This document shows positions 51,708 through 64,000 of a stretch of DNA of 64,000 nucleotides, one piece after another (the stretch's first letter is position 1; each line of letters starts with the position of its first letter). Made by a program: the position numbers and the translations under genes. The notes beneath the pieces were generated by a model, which worked only from the letters and a program-made list of their open reading frames with translations, had not been told where the DNA came from and did no database searches. The DNA comes from Octopus vulgaris. Taxonomy: Eukaryota. The DNA lies in the NCBI GenBank assembly GCA_951406725.2, contig OX597843.1:17980001-18044000 (forward strand), given 5' to 3'.

Positions 51708-51988
51708 ACTCAAAAATAAGCAACAAGAATGAATCCGGTAATTTAGTACAATTGTTTCATACTACAACATTTTATTAAAAGCTGTAAATATTACAGCAGA
51801 TTTAAGATGCCGAGTAATCTTCAGCTAATTTCATATAGGTTTTCCAATAATATAAAGTTCTCAGATCAATTAGTAACATCTTAGGGAAGGTAAATATACA
51901 GATAAAGATGTAGATATGAATCTCAGGAACATGAGGTAGTGTAGTTAGGATGCCAACCAGACCAAAACTAAGTTCACAATTTCCTTAG

Positions 51989-51990
<2 letters not shown>
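51708..51990 (-). mobile_element. Microsatellite-inserted element with a canonical-core hammerhead motif (51743-51828)
   Basis: Minus strand TTAG-CTGAAGA-[~60-nt extended hairpin]-GAAAC AATT GTA-CTAA. Confidence 0.7.
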
Positions 51991-52021
<31 letters not shown>

Positions 52022-52022
<1 letters not shown>

Positions 52023-52410
52023 TAGCAGTATCGCCCGGCGTTGCTCGGGTTTGTAAGGGAAATAACTATATAAGCATTTTTAGAGATGTAAAGTATAATA
52101 GCCATCTCAATATGGCTAACCACAAAGGGAAGTGTTACTGTAGCTTTTTACGTTCTGAGATTTAATAATACATTTTTAGAGTTACTTCCCTTATATAATA
52201 GCAAAAAAATGCATTAAAAGTGGGGAAAAAATGATGGTAAATTTTTTTTTAAATCGTAGACTCATCGTAGACGCGCGCTAATACCCAGAAGGGCTCGATA
52301 TGAATCACGACTATAAGATACCCGGTTTTGGTTACACTGCACCGCAAAATGTGGGAGTAGTTAGGAATCTAAATCGTAGGAGACAGACACTCACACAACT
52401 TCACTTGTGT
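52022..52410 (-). mobile_element. Non-autonomous Helitron-like element
   Basis: Begins ctagcagtatcgcccggcgttgctcggg, the reverse complement of the hairpin+CTAG end. Confidence 0.78.
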
Positions 52411-53845
52411 ATATATATATATACACACACATACATACATACACACACATACACGCGCGCGCAAGTCATTGCTTCCAATACACACGTTAGGTACTCTTAG
52501 TACACGAGAAAAGCTACCTTTGCACACAAAGTAAGTACCCGCAACACACAGACCATGTACATTCACACATAGAGTGAATCTACCCCACCACATACACGGC
52601 AACCACCACCAATACCCAAGGAAGGTACCTCCGGCACACAGCAGGTATCACCCCTAACACACAAAACAAGTACCCCTGGCGGGAACGGGATCTCCCCGCC
52701 GCCCCTACACACTGTGTCGGTCCTTCCCCCAATACGCATACGGTAGCTGCCCCCTACGTGCACACGGCCGGTACCCCAGTTGCACTCACTGCATCTACCC
52801 TCTCCTCCATTCAGTGTACACGATGTATAGGCTGAGGAAGTGTTAAAAGCCAAGGTCACCAATGGCGGGAATTTTCGACAGCAAGTGAAGACCAACATAT
52901 TTCGCCAGAGTCAGTACAGAGAAAATTAAAGAACCACCAACCCCCTAATATTCAATTGGTATTTTACGAAGCAAGGAAAGGGCGGACGGCTTGATGGTTG
53001 CTCGACTGTTAGAAATAGCAACCAAATATCTCTCAAATCACACGACTATCGCCTTTGAAGGAGGACGTCAGATATTGCAGTGGTACAGTGAATAAAAAAT
53101 GGGACAGTCCAATCTGCAAGAGTTTTGACCAAAAGACTCCCAGATCAGATCTGACTCGGGTTAAACAGCAACATAAAAGTCAGGACTGGACAGGGGCTTA
53201 TAATATATTAAAATAGAGACAGTCGACTTTGCCTTTCATCCTTTCGGGGTCGATAAATTAAGTACCAGTTACGCACTGGGGTCGATGTAATCGACTTCAT
53301 CCGTTTGTCTGTCCTTTCTATGTTTAGCCCCTTGTGGGTAATAAACAAAAAAAAAATAGAGACAGTCAGGGATGGAACGCTTTTGATCAAAGAGTCGCTA
53401 AATCGGGATAAGCCAAGGATTAACCAGCAACTAGTACCTTGTCACAATCCAGACCCTCCCACCACGGGGGATTATGAAGGCACAGCTGATCCCACGGAAA
53501 ATTATTGGTATAAGGGATGCGTTAGTAACCGTGTGTGTGGGGGGGGAGGGGGTCTTGGAGGGAGAAATTACTTTTGTAGCCCTTAGAAATAAGGTTGTAG
53601 AAATGGATACAAATGCGCGCGCGCGAAATTTATATCTAGATGTCAGTCGTTTACGAAAGCGCGCGCAACACTCCTCCCCCCTCCAACCGACATACATATG
53701 TGCGTGTGTGTGTGCAAACAAGTATGTGTGTGTGTACGTATAAATATATTCATACGCATACATATGTGTGTGTGTGTGTGTGTGTGTCACACATTTATGA
53801 TGGGTGTGTTTATATATCTATATTTAAAAGGAGGGTATATTATGA

Positions 53846-53881
<36 letters not shown>

Positions 53882-54048
53882 CTTTAAAGCATTGACTTAA
53901 ACGTCGATATTCACATAAAAAAGTGCGTGCTACCTGTTTTTATGCTTGTAAAATAGTGTGTATATATATATATATATATAAGGACACATACGTTTATTAA
54001 ATCGTATATGAAAATACAAACATTCGAATGTTAGTATGCAGTGAAAAG

Positions 54049-54084
<36 letters not shown>

Positions 54085-54351
54085 ATGTATATGTATATAT
54101 ATGTATATGTATATATATATGTATGTATATGTGTATATAAACTAGCGCTGACATGGAAAATAGGTCTGTGAGTAAATAAACGGTTATGAGTCAGTGAGGG
54201 TGGGTGTGTGTGTATATGTCTATAGTCAACACACACATATGTGTGTGTATGTGTGTCAATCCAATTTTGAAAACTGTAGATCGATCGTCCATAGAGAACG
54301 AAGTATCAAGTGATTGTTTTTTTTTATTCTTGGTTAACTGATGCGCATGTA

Positions 54352-54383
<32 letters not shown>

Positions 54384-54436
54384 ATTTATATATACACAAA
54401 CATATATGCGTATGCACACACACACATATTTACGTG

Positions 54437-54481
<45 letters not shown>

Positions 54482-54661
54482 AATAGTCGAAATATATGTG
54501 TGTTTATATGCATATATAAATTTAGTTTGTATACATTCACAAATATATATGGGATTAATATACATTCTGCCACGCACACACAACTATATAAACACCCATA
54601 TATATAGTATAATTTTGAATTATATATTATACATATAAACAGCAAAATACACACATTATAT

Positions 54662-54724
<63 letters not shown>

Positions 54725-55094
54725 TCGAGAGAAGTGAGGTAATTAATTTCAAAAACAGAATGTGGTTGACAGAACATTATACACATAGATATACACACAC
54801 ATCTATATACGTAAATGTGTGCTCACATACACACAGTTAAATAGATATAGACACAGGCATATAAATATATACGTACACATATTTATACGTAAGTATGTGT
54901 GCACATATATCGATATATACACATATAAATGTATAAATATATATATATAGATAAATAGATAGATGGATATAAACAAAAACATGACATAAAGGTGTGTATA
55001 TAAATACACACCACAGATATGTACATACACATATCTACACATTTGTTTATGTGCATAAATACATATAAATATATATATAAACACACACATGTGA

Positions 55095-55738
55095 ACGTAT
55101 ATATATATATATATATATAGGCACACACATATATATATAGACTCATATATATATATATATAGACTCATATATATATATACAGACACATATATATATATAT
55201 ACAGACACATATATATATATATACAGACACATATATATATATACAGACACATATATATATATATACAGACACATATATATATATATATACAGACACACAT
55301 ATATATATATATAGACACATATATATATATACAGACACATATATATATATATACAGACACATATATATATATATACAGACACACATATATATATATATAC
55401 AGACACATATATATATATACAGACACATATATATATATACAGACACATATATATATATACAGACACATATATATATATACAGACACATATATATATATAG
55501 ACACATATATATATATAGACACATATATATATATAGACACATATATATATATAGACACATATATATATATAGACACATATATATATATACAGACACATAT
55601 ATATATATACAGACACATATATATATATACAGACACATATATATATACAGACACATATATATATATAGACACATATATATATATATATAGACACATATAT
55701 ATATATATATACAGACACATATATATATATATATACAG

Positions 55739-55775
<37 letters not shown>

Positions 55776-56000
55776 CACATATATATATATATATATACAC
55801 AGACATATATATATATATATAGACACATATATATATATATATACAGAGATATATGTGAACGTATACACACACATATATATTATATACACACACACACATA
55901 TATATATACAGACACACATATATATATATACAGGCACATTATATATATACAGAGATATATGTGAACGTATATACACACACATATATATATACACACAGAT
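55095..56000. repeat. Compound microsatellite/minisatellite: (AT)n-(AC)AGACAC units
   Basis: Dozens of ~18-24-bp units, seen directly. Confidence 0.95.
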
Positions 56001-57250
56001 ATAGGCCCGTCCCCGCCACTGCCTCCACCGTTTGTCAAGCAATTTTTTTTTTCCACCGAGGGTAAACAACAGCAACAACAGTAGGAACAACAAGAAGCAG
56101 CACTGACCTGTATGCAAGGTAAAGAAACGACCACAAGAATATCGCCGTCCTTAATCCATGAAGCCAGCGAGAGAGTGTATATAGTAATAATATGTGTGTT
56201 GTATATCAGCCATGCTGGAACTGGAGGGGAGAAGATGAGATAAAAGGAGGAGGGGAGAAGGACAAAGACTCAAAGACGGAGGGTGGGGGACAGGCAATAT
56301 ATATACATATAAATAAAAATAGATATCGGGTATATATTTGTTTATGTATATCGATAAGAACCCCTAAAATACTATCCTTTATAAAAAATAAAGGAAATAA
56401 AAAATAAATAAAAATTATATGTTTATATATATGTGTGTGTGCGTGTGTGTGTATTTATATATATGTATGTATATATATATAAACACACAATTAACTTAGC
56501 CAGCCTGCCTGTCTGTCTGCCTGCTTGGGGTTGTTACCAAAAATAGGAACCGGTTCATGGGTTTCGTTGAAGACGAAAAGAAGGAGTCCGTCGATATTGT
56601 CGATTTGCATGGCATTGTAAAGACGAGCAGAAAAAACAAATGTGTCTCTCAATCTCTCCCTGGTTGGTGTCTTGATCGTGGTCGTTGCTGTCGTCGTTCA
56701 GGATGTTTTGTTTGCAAGTTGATACTGTATTATTAGTGTTGTTTTTTCGTTCCTGCTCTTTTTCCCTTTCCCCCCTCGCACTTCGTCTATGACCTCTTTC
56801 TGTCTCTCTCTCTACCAGTCGACCAGTTCGCAAGTAAGTTTGTTTGTTTTTTGAATTTTTACGAACCGTGGCGAACCAGTTGCTTTCTGCTTAGGTTCGG
56901 ATAAAATACAAGCCTTAACTGCCGACCGAGCAAAATTGTTGCCATGACTATTGGCGCCGGCGAAACGACGTGAAAATTCTCACACTGCTCTGTCGTCGAG
57001 TCGTTCCGCCGTGCGCTTCGTATGCCCAGCGCCACAATGGCTTTCACTAAACACTCACTAGGTGAACGTTTTCAAGCCAATAAAAGCAACTTGGGCGACC
57101 CTTAAGACGGGCTAAAATATACAAAATAGGCAACATTGGTCCTTAATCTACCTTACTATGACAGAAAGGGGTCAGTTAAAGGGCTGCAAACGGCAGAGAA
57201 ACGGGTTCGCAAATTGCCCAACGTAACGTACGTGGCATAGATAGACATGG
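56000..57250 (-). promoter_or_regulatory. Candidate PCIF1 promoter / non-coding first exon region
   Basis: Unique, CpG-retaining sequence. Minus-strand donor CAG|GTCAGT at 56108/56107; CCAAT and E2F-like (TTTCGCCGGCGCCAAT, ~56950-56965) motifs. The first coding exon has an acceptor, so an upstream exon must exist; its position here is inference. Confidence 0.35.
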
Positions 57251-57339
57251 TTGATATTTGGGGTTGCCAATTTGTACAGCACGGAGCTCAGTTGAAAAAG
57301 GAAAAAAGACAAACCTCGCTTCGCCTCATTCTCGCCTTC

Positions 57340-57677
57340 ACTCACTCACTCTCTCTATTTCCCTCTTTCCTATCTATCTATCTATCTATCTTTATCACTT
57401 ACTCCGTCTTATTCTCTTTCTCTCTATTCTCTCTCTATCTCTCTTATTTTTGTCTCTCTTTACCGTTCACTCAATCTTATTTCCTCTATATATCTCTTTT
57501 CTCTCTCTCTCTTCTGTTTCTGTCTATCTTTACTACTCCCTCTCTCTTATTCTTGCTGTCTCTCTCTCTTTCGTTTCTGTCTATCTTTACCACTCACTCA
57601 TATTATCTCTCTGTCTTTATCCCCCTCTCTTTGTATCACTTTGTCTCTACCACTCATTCACTCTTATTATCTCTCTG

Positions 57678-57714
<37 letters not shown>

Positions 57715-57861
57715 CTTATCACTATCTTTCTGTCTTTTTATATCATACACCCTCTCTCTCTCTCACCAGAAGTGCTTTTTACCAAATTACGTCTTATCTG
57801 TATGTATGTGTGTATGTATATATATATATATATACATACATACATATATATATATATACAC

Positions 57862-57908
<47 letters not shown>

Positions 57909-57942
57909 CATACATACATACATACATATATATATATATACA

Positions 57943-58002
<60 letters not shown>

Positions 58003-58119
58003 CTATATATATATATACATACATATATATATATACATACATATATATATATATACATACTATATATATATATACATACATATATATATATATACATACA
58101 TATATATATACATACATAC

Positions 58120-58150
<31 letters not shown>

Positions 58151-58200
58151 CATACATATATATATACATACATATATATATACATATGTATATATATATA
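57340..58200. repeat. CT-rich low-complexity tract followed by (TA)n/(TACA)n microsatellite
   Basis: Seen directly; explains the I/Y/H/T and S/L/F ORFs. Confidence 0.95.
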
Positions 58201-59099
58201 ATTTTAGCGGAAGACGTTACAAAGTGACTCAAGACACGAGAATTCCGAGTATTGGCGCTTATCAAACTCTGCAAGTCACGAAACTTTCGTGTCTTGGTTG
58301 TGTGGTAACAAACTTGCTTACCAACCACATGGTTCCGGGTTCAGTCCCACTGCGTGGCACCTTGGGCACTTGTCTTCTACTATAGCCTCGGGCCGACGAA
58401 AGCCTTAAGAGTGGATTTGGTAGACGGAAACTGAAAGAAGCCCGTCGTCATATATATATATATATATATGTATATCGTTAGTTTTCATAAAAAGCCTTTA
58501 CTTTTTTTGACTTCCAATATGCATTTTTACCTTTTTTCTTCTTACATTTCCACGTGTAGTTTCTTTTTTTTTTTTTTGTAACATATTTCTATTATATATA
58601 TATGTGTGTGTGTATGAATGTGTGCGTGTGTGTTTGTCCCTCCACCATCGCTTGACCACCGATGCTGGTGTGTTTACGTCCCTGTAACTTAGCGGTTCAG
58701 TATAAGAAGCCGATATAATAAGCACCTGGCTTACAAAGAATAAGTCTTGGGGTTGATTTGTTCAAATGAAGGCGGTGCTCCAGCATGGCCACAGTCAAAT
58801 AAAGTAAAAAAATAAAAGAATACACACACACTTATACATATATGTACACTCATATATACATATAAATGTGTATACACAGACATATTACATGCAAACACAC
58901 ATATTTCTGTGTTAGATGTTGAGAAACCAACTAAGGGATAATACCTATCCAATATATTGCTGGTAGTGTACCCAATCTTTCATACTCAAGTACCAGTTAT
59001 TGCATGGCAATCTTGCAATTGGGTGTTGTGTATGGGCCGGAGTAAGAATTGGTTAACTCTTGATTTATGCGGCAAATAAGAAAGTGAAATATATATATA

Positions 59100-59650
59100 A
59101 GCCTTGTTTTTTTCTGTTGAAGAGTGTAGGCTCGAAACATAAAAGACTTGTTTTATTTCTATTCCTGAGCGCCATACTAATACATTTGTTTGTTTGTACT
59201 CCACCTGCCTTCGTCTTTTGTTTATTTTCGTAAACCTTCCCGTTATATTAACTATATATATATATAGTTAATCCAAACAAGAAAGCACAAAAAAACACAA
59301 CAACGCGAGGACGTGGAACAAATATAGTATTATTGGATGCTCAGGAAAGAAGGAGGGTTTAACGTTTCGAGCGGAGCTCTTCGTCGGAAACATAGGAGAA
59401 GGGAAGACAGAGGGAAAAAAAATCGCCAACGGTACACAGGCAGTCAATGGGTAGGTTTACGAAAATAAACAAAAGACGAAGGCAGGTGGAGTACAAACAA
59501 ACAAATGTATTAGTATGGCGCTCAGGAATAGAAATAGATCAAGTCTTTTACGTTTCGAGCTTACGCTCTTCGACAGAAAGATACACAGAAAAGAAACAAG
59601 GAGAGAAAAAAAATGCGTGTAGGAGCTAACGATCTATCATGGCGTTGGCG

Positions 59651-59655
<5 letters not shown>
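59100..59655. mobile_element. Composite: two inverted copies of hammerhead element H2 (59100-59245 +, 59448-59655 -) around one H1 copy (59265-59446 -)
   Basis: Hammerhead motifs at 59110-59145 (+), 59357-59391 (-) and 59545-59580 (-). Confidence 0.65.
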
Positions 59656-59685
<30 letters not shown>

Positions 59686-59687
<2 letters not shown>

Positions 59688-59912
59688 TGTGTATATTAAA
59701 AGGGTTAAAAAACCACTGGGTGATCAGCCGTATGCTAGAAATAGATCACCTACGATCAAACTACAAAGAAAAGAATGTTCTCTAGAGGAAAATTCAGCAG
59801 CACCAGAACGATATGCGGGCAAGACAGATGAAAATTATATAAAAAACCAGAATTTTGGATTTTTATACAGCTGACCACCTAGTGGTTTTTTAGCCCTTCA
59901 AATATACACATG
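59686..59912. mobile_element. Element with ~48-bp imperfect terminal inverted repeats
   Basis: catgtgtatatt..aagggttaaaaaaccactgggtgatcagccgtat ... atacagctgaccacctagtggttttttagcccttc.aatatacacatg. Confidence 0.65.
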
Positions 59913-60340
59913 TATTAGAATTTTCTCTGATTTTTCAGATTTTCGTATGCTAGGCTACTGGTTTTAAATTGATATTAATTAAATTAATATTCAATTTATC
60001 TCCCTCATTACTTAAATACATACATACATCATCATCATCATCGTTTAGCGTCCGCTTTCCATGCTAGCATGGGTTGGACGGGTCAACTGGGGTCTGTGAA
60101 GCTGGAAGGCTTCATCAGGCCCAGTCAGATCTGGCAGTGTTTCTACGGCTGGATGCCCTTCCTAGCGCCAACCACTACGCGAGTGTAGTGGGTGTTTTTT
60201 ACGTGCCACCTGCACAGGTGCCAGACAGAGCTGGCGAACGGCCAAGAACGGATGGTGCTTTTACGTGCCACCGACACGGGGCCAGACAGAGCTGGCAACC
60301 GGCCACGAACGGACGGTGCTTTTACATATATATATATATT

Positions 60341-60371
<31 letters not shown>

Positions 60372-61434
60372 ATATTTATATATATATAATATATATATGC
60401 ATAAGTACACCCATACTCTTTTATTCTTTTACTTGTTTCAGTCATTTGACTGTGGCCATGCTGGAGCACTGCCTTTAGTCAAGCAAATCAACCCTAAGAC
60501 TTATTCTTTGTAAGCCTGGTATTTATTATATCAGTCTCTTTTACTGAACCGTTAAGTTACAGGGACGTAAACACACCTGCATCAGTTGTCAAGCAAAGGT
60601 GAGGAACAAACACACAAACACATACATATATATATCATCATCATCATCGTTTAACGTCCATTTTCCATGCTAGCATGAGTTGGACGGTTCGACCGGGGTC
60701 TGGAAAGCCAGGAGGCTGCACCAGGCTCCAGTCTGATCTGGCAATGTTTCTACAGCTGTATGCCCTTCCTAACGCCAACCACTCTGTGAGTATAGTGGGT
60801 GCTTTTTATGTGCCACCGGCACAGGGGCCAGAGGAGGCTGGCAAATGGCAACGATCGGTTGGTGCTTTTTACGTGTCACTGGCAGGGACGCCAATCAAGG
60901 TGACGCTGGCATCGGCCACGTTCGGATGGTGCTTTTTACGTGCCACCGGCACGGGTATCACAACTACAATATCCATTTGATTTTTATTTTGATGTTGATG
61001 TACTTGACTCAACAGGTCTCCTCAAGCACAGCCGGTCACCCTATGAACCAAGGTTTGCACAGCAGGCTGTCCTGCGAGCCATGAACTCACAGCATATCTC
61101 CTGCAGTCTCGGTCTTTCATCATTGCCTCTGTGAAGCAATATATATATATGACTGCGAAGACCCGACAATTAACATGAGTTAATGGCTGTTTCCTGCACC
61201 AGCTTCACGTAGAAGCCCCAACCTATCCAAAGTACCTTGGATCGCAGGATGGCCTGCTGAGATAAACTTGGATTGTAGGACGACCTGCTGTGCTTGAGGA
61301 GACCTATAGTCAGATACCATGTCCAGAATGGAGGACATAGGCAGTCACAATTCTCTGTTCTTTGTTTTCTTTGTTCCACTTACAGATGTTTAATGCCTCT
61401 CTCTCCCCACCAGTTCGTCAAGCTTGACATCCAT

Positions 61435-62065
61435 ACCTATTTCTTTATTGCCCACAAGGGGCTAAACACAGAGCGGACAAACAAGGGCAGACAAACGGAT
61501 CGAGTTGATTGCATCGACCCCAGTGCGTAACTGGTGCTTAATTTATCGACCCCGAAAGGATGAAAGGCAAAGTCGACCTCGGCGGAATTTGAACTCAGAA
61601 CGTAACGGCAGACGAAATACCTATTTCTTTATTACCCACAAGGGGCTAAACACAGGGGGTACAAACAAGGACAGACATAGGTATTAAGTCAATTACATCG
61701 AACCCAGTGCGTAACTGGTACTTAATTTATTGACCCCGAAAGGATGAAAGGCAAAGTCGACCTCGGCGGAATTTGAACTCAGAACATAACGGCAGACGAA
61801 ATACCTATTTCTTTATTACCCACAAGGGGCTAAACACAGAGCGGACAAACAAGGACAGACATAGGTATTAAGTCGATTACATCGACCCCAGTGCGTAACT
61901 GGTACCTAATTTATCGACCCCAAAAGGATGAAAGGCAAAGTCGACCTCGGCGGAATTTGAACTCAGAACGTAACGGCAGACGAAATACCTATTTCTTTAT
62001 TATGCAGACAAAATACCGCTAAGCATTTCGCCCGGCGTGCTAACGTTTCTGCCAGCTCGCCGCCT
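61435..62065 (-). mobile_element. SINE-C with its body tandemly repeated about three times (184-bp period)
   Basis: acctatttcttta starts at ~61435, 61619, 61803 and 61987; a single head lies at 62010-62065. Confidence 0.85.
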
Positions 62066-62069
62066 TGAC

Positions 62070-62258
62070 ATCCATACCATTCTTCTCCTTCTCTGTTTCT
62101 TTTACCTTCAACCTTTCTGGTCCTCACTAAATTCTTCAGGCCCTTTTTCTTCATCATAAAAAATTTCAGTTCCTTGGCCCTTAACTCATGAGGCAGTTTC
62201 CTAATTAACACAGCTCGTTTCATCACTTCTTCATTAGGCACTTTGTCTGTCCATTCTG
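62070..62258 (-). mobile_element. Old RTE/RTE-X RT C-terminal fragment
   Basis: WTDKVPNEEVMKRA...LKFF..KGLKNLV.T.KVEGKRNR. Confidence 0.7.
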
Positions 62259-63010
62259 GCAGAAATGTTAGCATGCTGGGCGAAATGCTTAGCGGTATTT
62301 CGTCTGTCTTTACGTTCTGAGTTCAAATTCCACCAAGGCCAATTTTGCCTTTCATCATTTCGGAGTTGATAAATTAAGTATCAGTTGTTTACTGGGGTCG
62401 ATCAAGTCAACTGGCCCCCTTCCCGAAAATTTTGGGTCTTGTGTCACAGTGCTCTCTCCTCTCTCCTCTGTAACACTTCCACTTCTTCCTGATGGTTAAT
62501 GGTTCTTTCTTGCAACCAGTCCATCATGCTTGACATCTGTACCATCCTTGTCCTTCCCCTGCTTCCCCTTAGCCTAGGCATGGGGTTTTAACAGCCTGGG
62601 GATGGGGCTTTAAAAGCCTAACTCCCACATATCCTCTGCATGTCATAAAAGGTGACTGAAAGGGGAACCACAGCAACAACAGGGGGCCTGGATGTTGTTT
62701 GGTTGGCACCAATGGGATCATTAAAAGTTGCATACCCCCAAGGATGTTGCTGCAGTCGGGCAGGTATCGACCTCCTTTGCATCGGCCTAGGCATTCCCTG
62801 CACCAAGCAGCAGCACAAGTATTTTGGTGGGTGATCCTTGAGTGATGGACAATGGCAGAACTTGATCAAGAGAAAGGTGTTCTGGTAACCCTTGATGCCA
62901 CCATCATGCTGCGATGAAGAAGGCAATGAGAAACCATTTCGCTACATTACAATTGCCAAGAACAACCATGGATATTGCAATTCAGTGCTGGAAGGGCACT
63001 TGTCTGTCTA

Positions 63011-63047
<37 letters not shown>

Positions 63048-64000
63048 AATCGAAATCTTTCAACATCAATGGAAATTGTAGCTGAGATACCAGTGCCGGT
63101 GGCACATAAGAGAACCATCCGAATGTGGCCGTTGCCAGTGCCTCCCCAACTGGCCTCCTTTTTCATGCCTCCGTGCCGGTGGCATGAAAAAGCACCATCC
63201 GATCGTGGCCGTTTGCCAACCTCTCCTGGCACCTGTGCAGGTGGCACAATTAAAAGCACCCACTACACTCTCGGAGTGGTTGACGTTAGGAAGGGCATCC
63301 AGCTGTAGAAACACTGCCAGATCAGACTGGGCCTGGTGCAGCCTCCTGGCTTCCCAGACTCCAGTTGAACCATCCAACCCATGCTAGCATGGAAAACGGA
63401 CGTTAAACGATGATGATGATATATAAAGTTAATCCAAACAAGAAAGCACAAAAAAACACAACAACGCGAGGACGTGGAACAAATACAGTATTATTGGACG
63501 CTCAGGAAAGAAGGAGGGTTTAATGTTTCGAGCGGAGTTCTTCGTCGGAAACATAGGAGAAGGAAAGACGGAGGCAGGTGGAGTACAAACAAACAAATGT
63601 ATTAGTATGGCGCTCAGGAATAGAAATAGAACAAGTCGTTTACGTTTCGAGCCTACGCTCTTTGACAGAAAGATACACAGAAAAAAACAAGGAGAGAAAA
63701 AAAATGTGTGTAGGAGCTAACGATCTATCATGGCATATATATATACGTTTTTTTTTTCCTCTGTCTTCCCTTCTCTGGGCCTGGCGCAGCCTCCTGGCTT
63801 CCCAGATCCCAGTTGAACCGTCCAACCCATGCTAGTATGGAAAGCGAACGTTAAACGATGATGATGATGATGATATACACAGAAAAATATAAGGAGGTGC
63901 TAAAAGGTTCTTGGCTCTAAGAGCATTGTGAAAGGTTTGGTTGGAGGCCCAAACTTCCTTCTGAGTTCTTTTACAGGGTTTAGAAAAACTGAAGGACTGC

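Noticed and set aside
56557-56736. 59-codon plus-strand ORF MGFVEDEKKESVDIV...
   Set aside because: Short, no recognisable homology, and within the presumed promoter/UTR region; chance is sufficient.
54341-58385. Long I/Y/C/V/H ORFs up to 375 aa
   Set aside because: Translations of (AT)n/(AC)n/(CT)n microsatellites that happen to lack stops.
62620-62975. Possible decayed Helitron helicase C-terminus on the minus strand
   Set aside because: Similarity is too faint to support by eye; needs a translated search against Helitron proteins.

Overview
Eukaryotic, repeat-dense DNA; the SINE/RTE/microsatellite content is typical of an octopus (coleoid cephalopod) genome (inferred, not proven). The only host gene I can support is the 5' part of PCIF1/CAPAM (cap-specific m6Am methyltransferase) on the minus strand. 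Five coding exons (17180-18377, 12642-12838, 9821-9975, 4171-4402, 1639-1738) have GT-AG boundaries and mutually consistent phases, giving 619 codons from the ATG at 18352. The catalytic C-terminus lies beyond the left edge. A very long first intron probably runs to a CpG-rich promoter near 56-57 kb. The rest is transposon debris (three tRNA-derived SINE families, RTE, CR1, HERO, mariner, Helitron), satellites built from SINE/LINE pieces and (AT)n microsatellites; almost all ORFs in the track are repeat artefacts. The most notable observations are three. (1) About six different short elements inserted in (AT)n tracts each carry a minimal hammerhead-ribozyme motif with covarying helices, including a 432-bp palindrome with a U3-A8 variant core on both strands. 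(2) An inverted ~600-bp duplication brackets the AUG/WW-domain exon, a circRNA/ADAR-type architecture. (3) PCIF1 has a ~350-aa low-complexity N-terminal extension, an overlapping ATG-CAG-TAA uORF and a decayed partial exon duplicate. I see no prokaryote-type system (no CRISPR, no operon).
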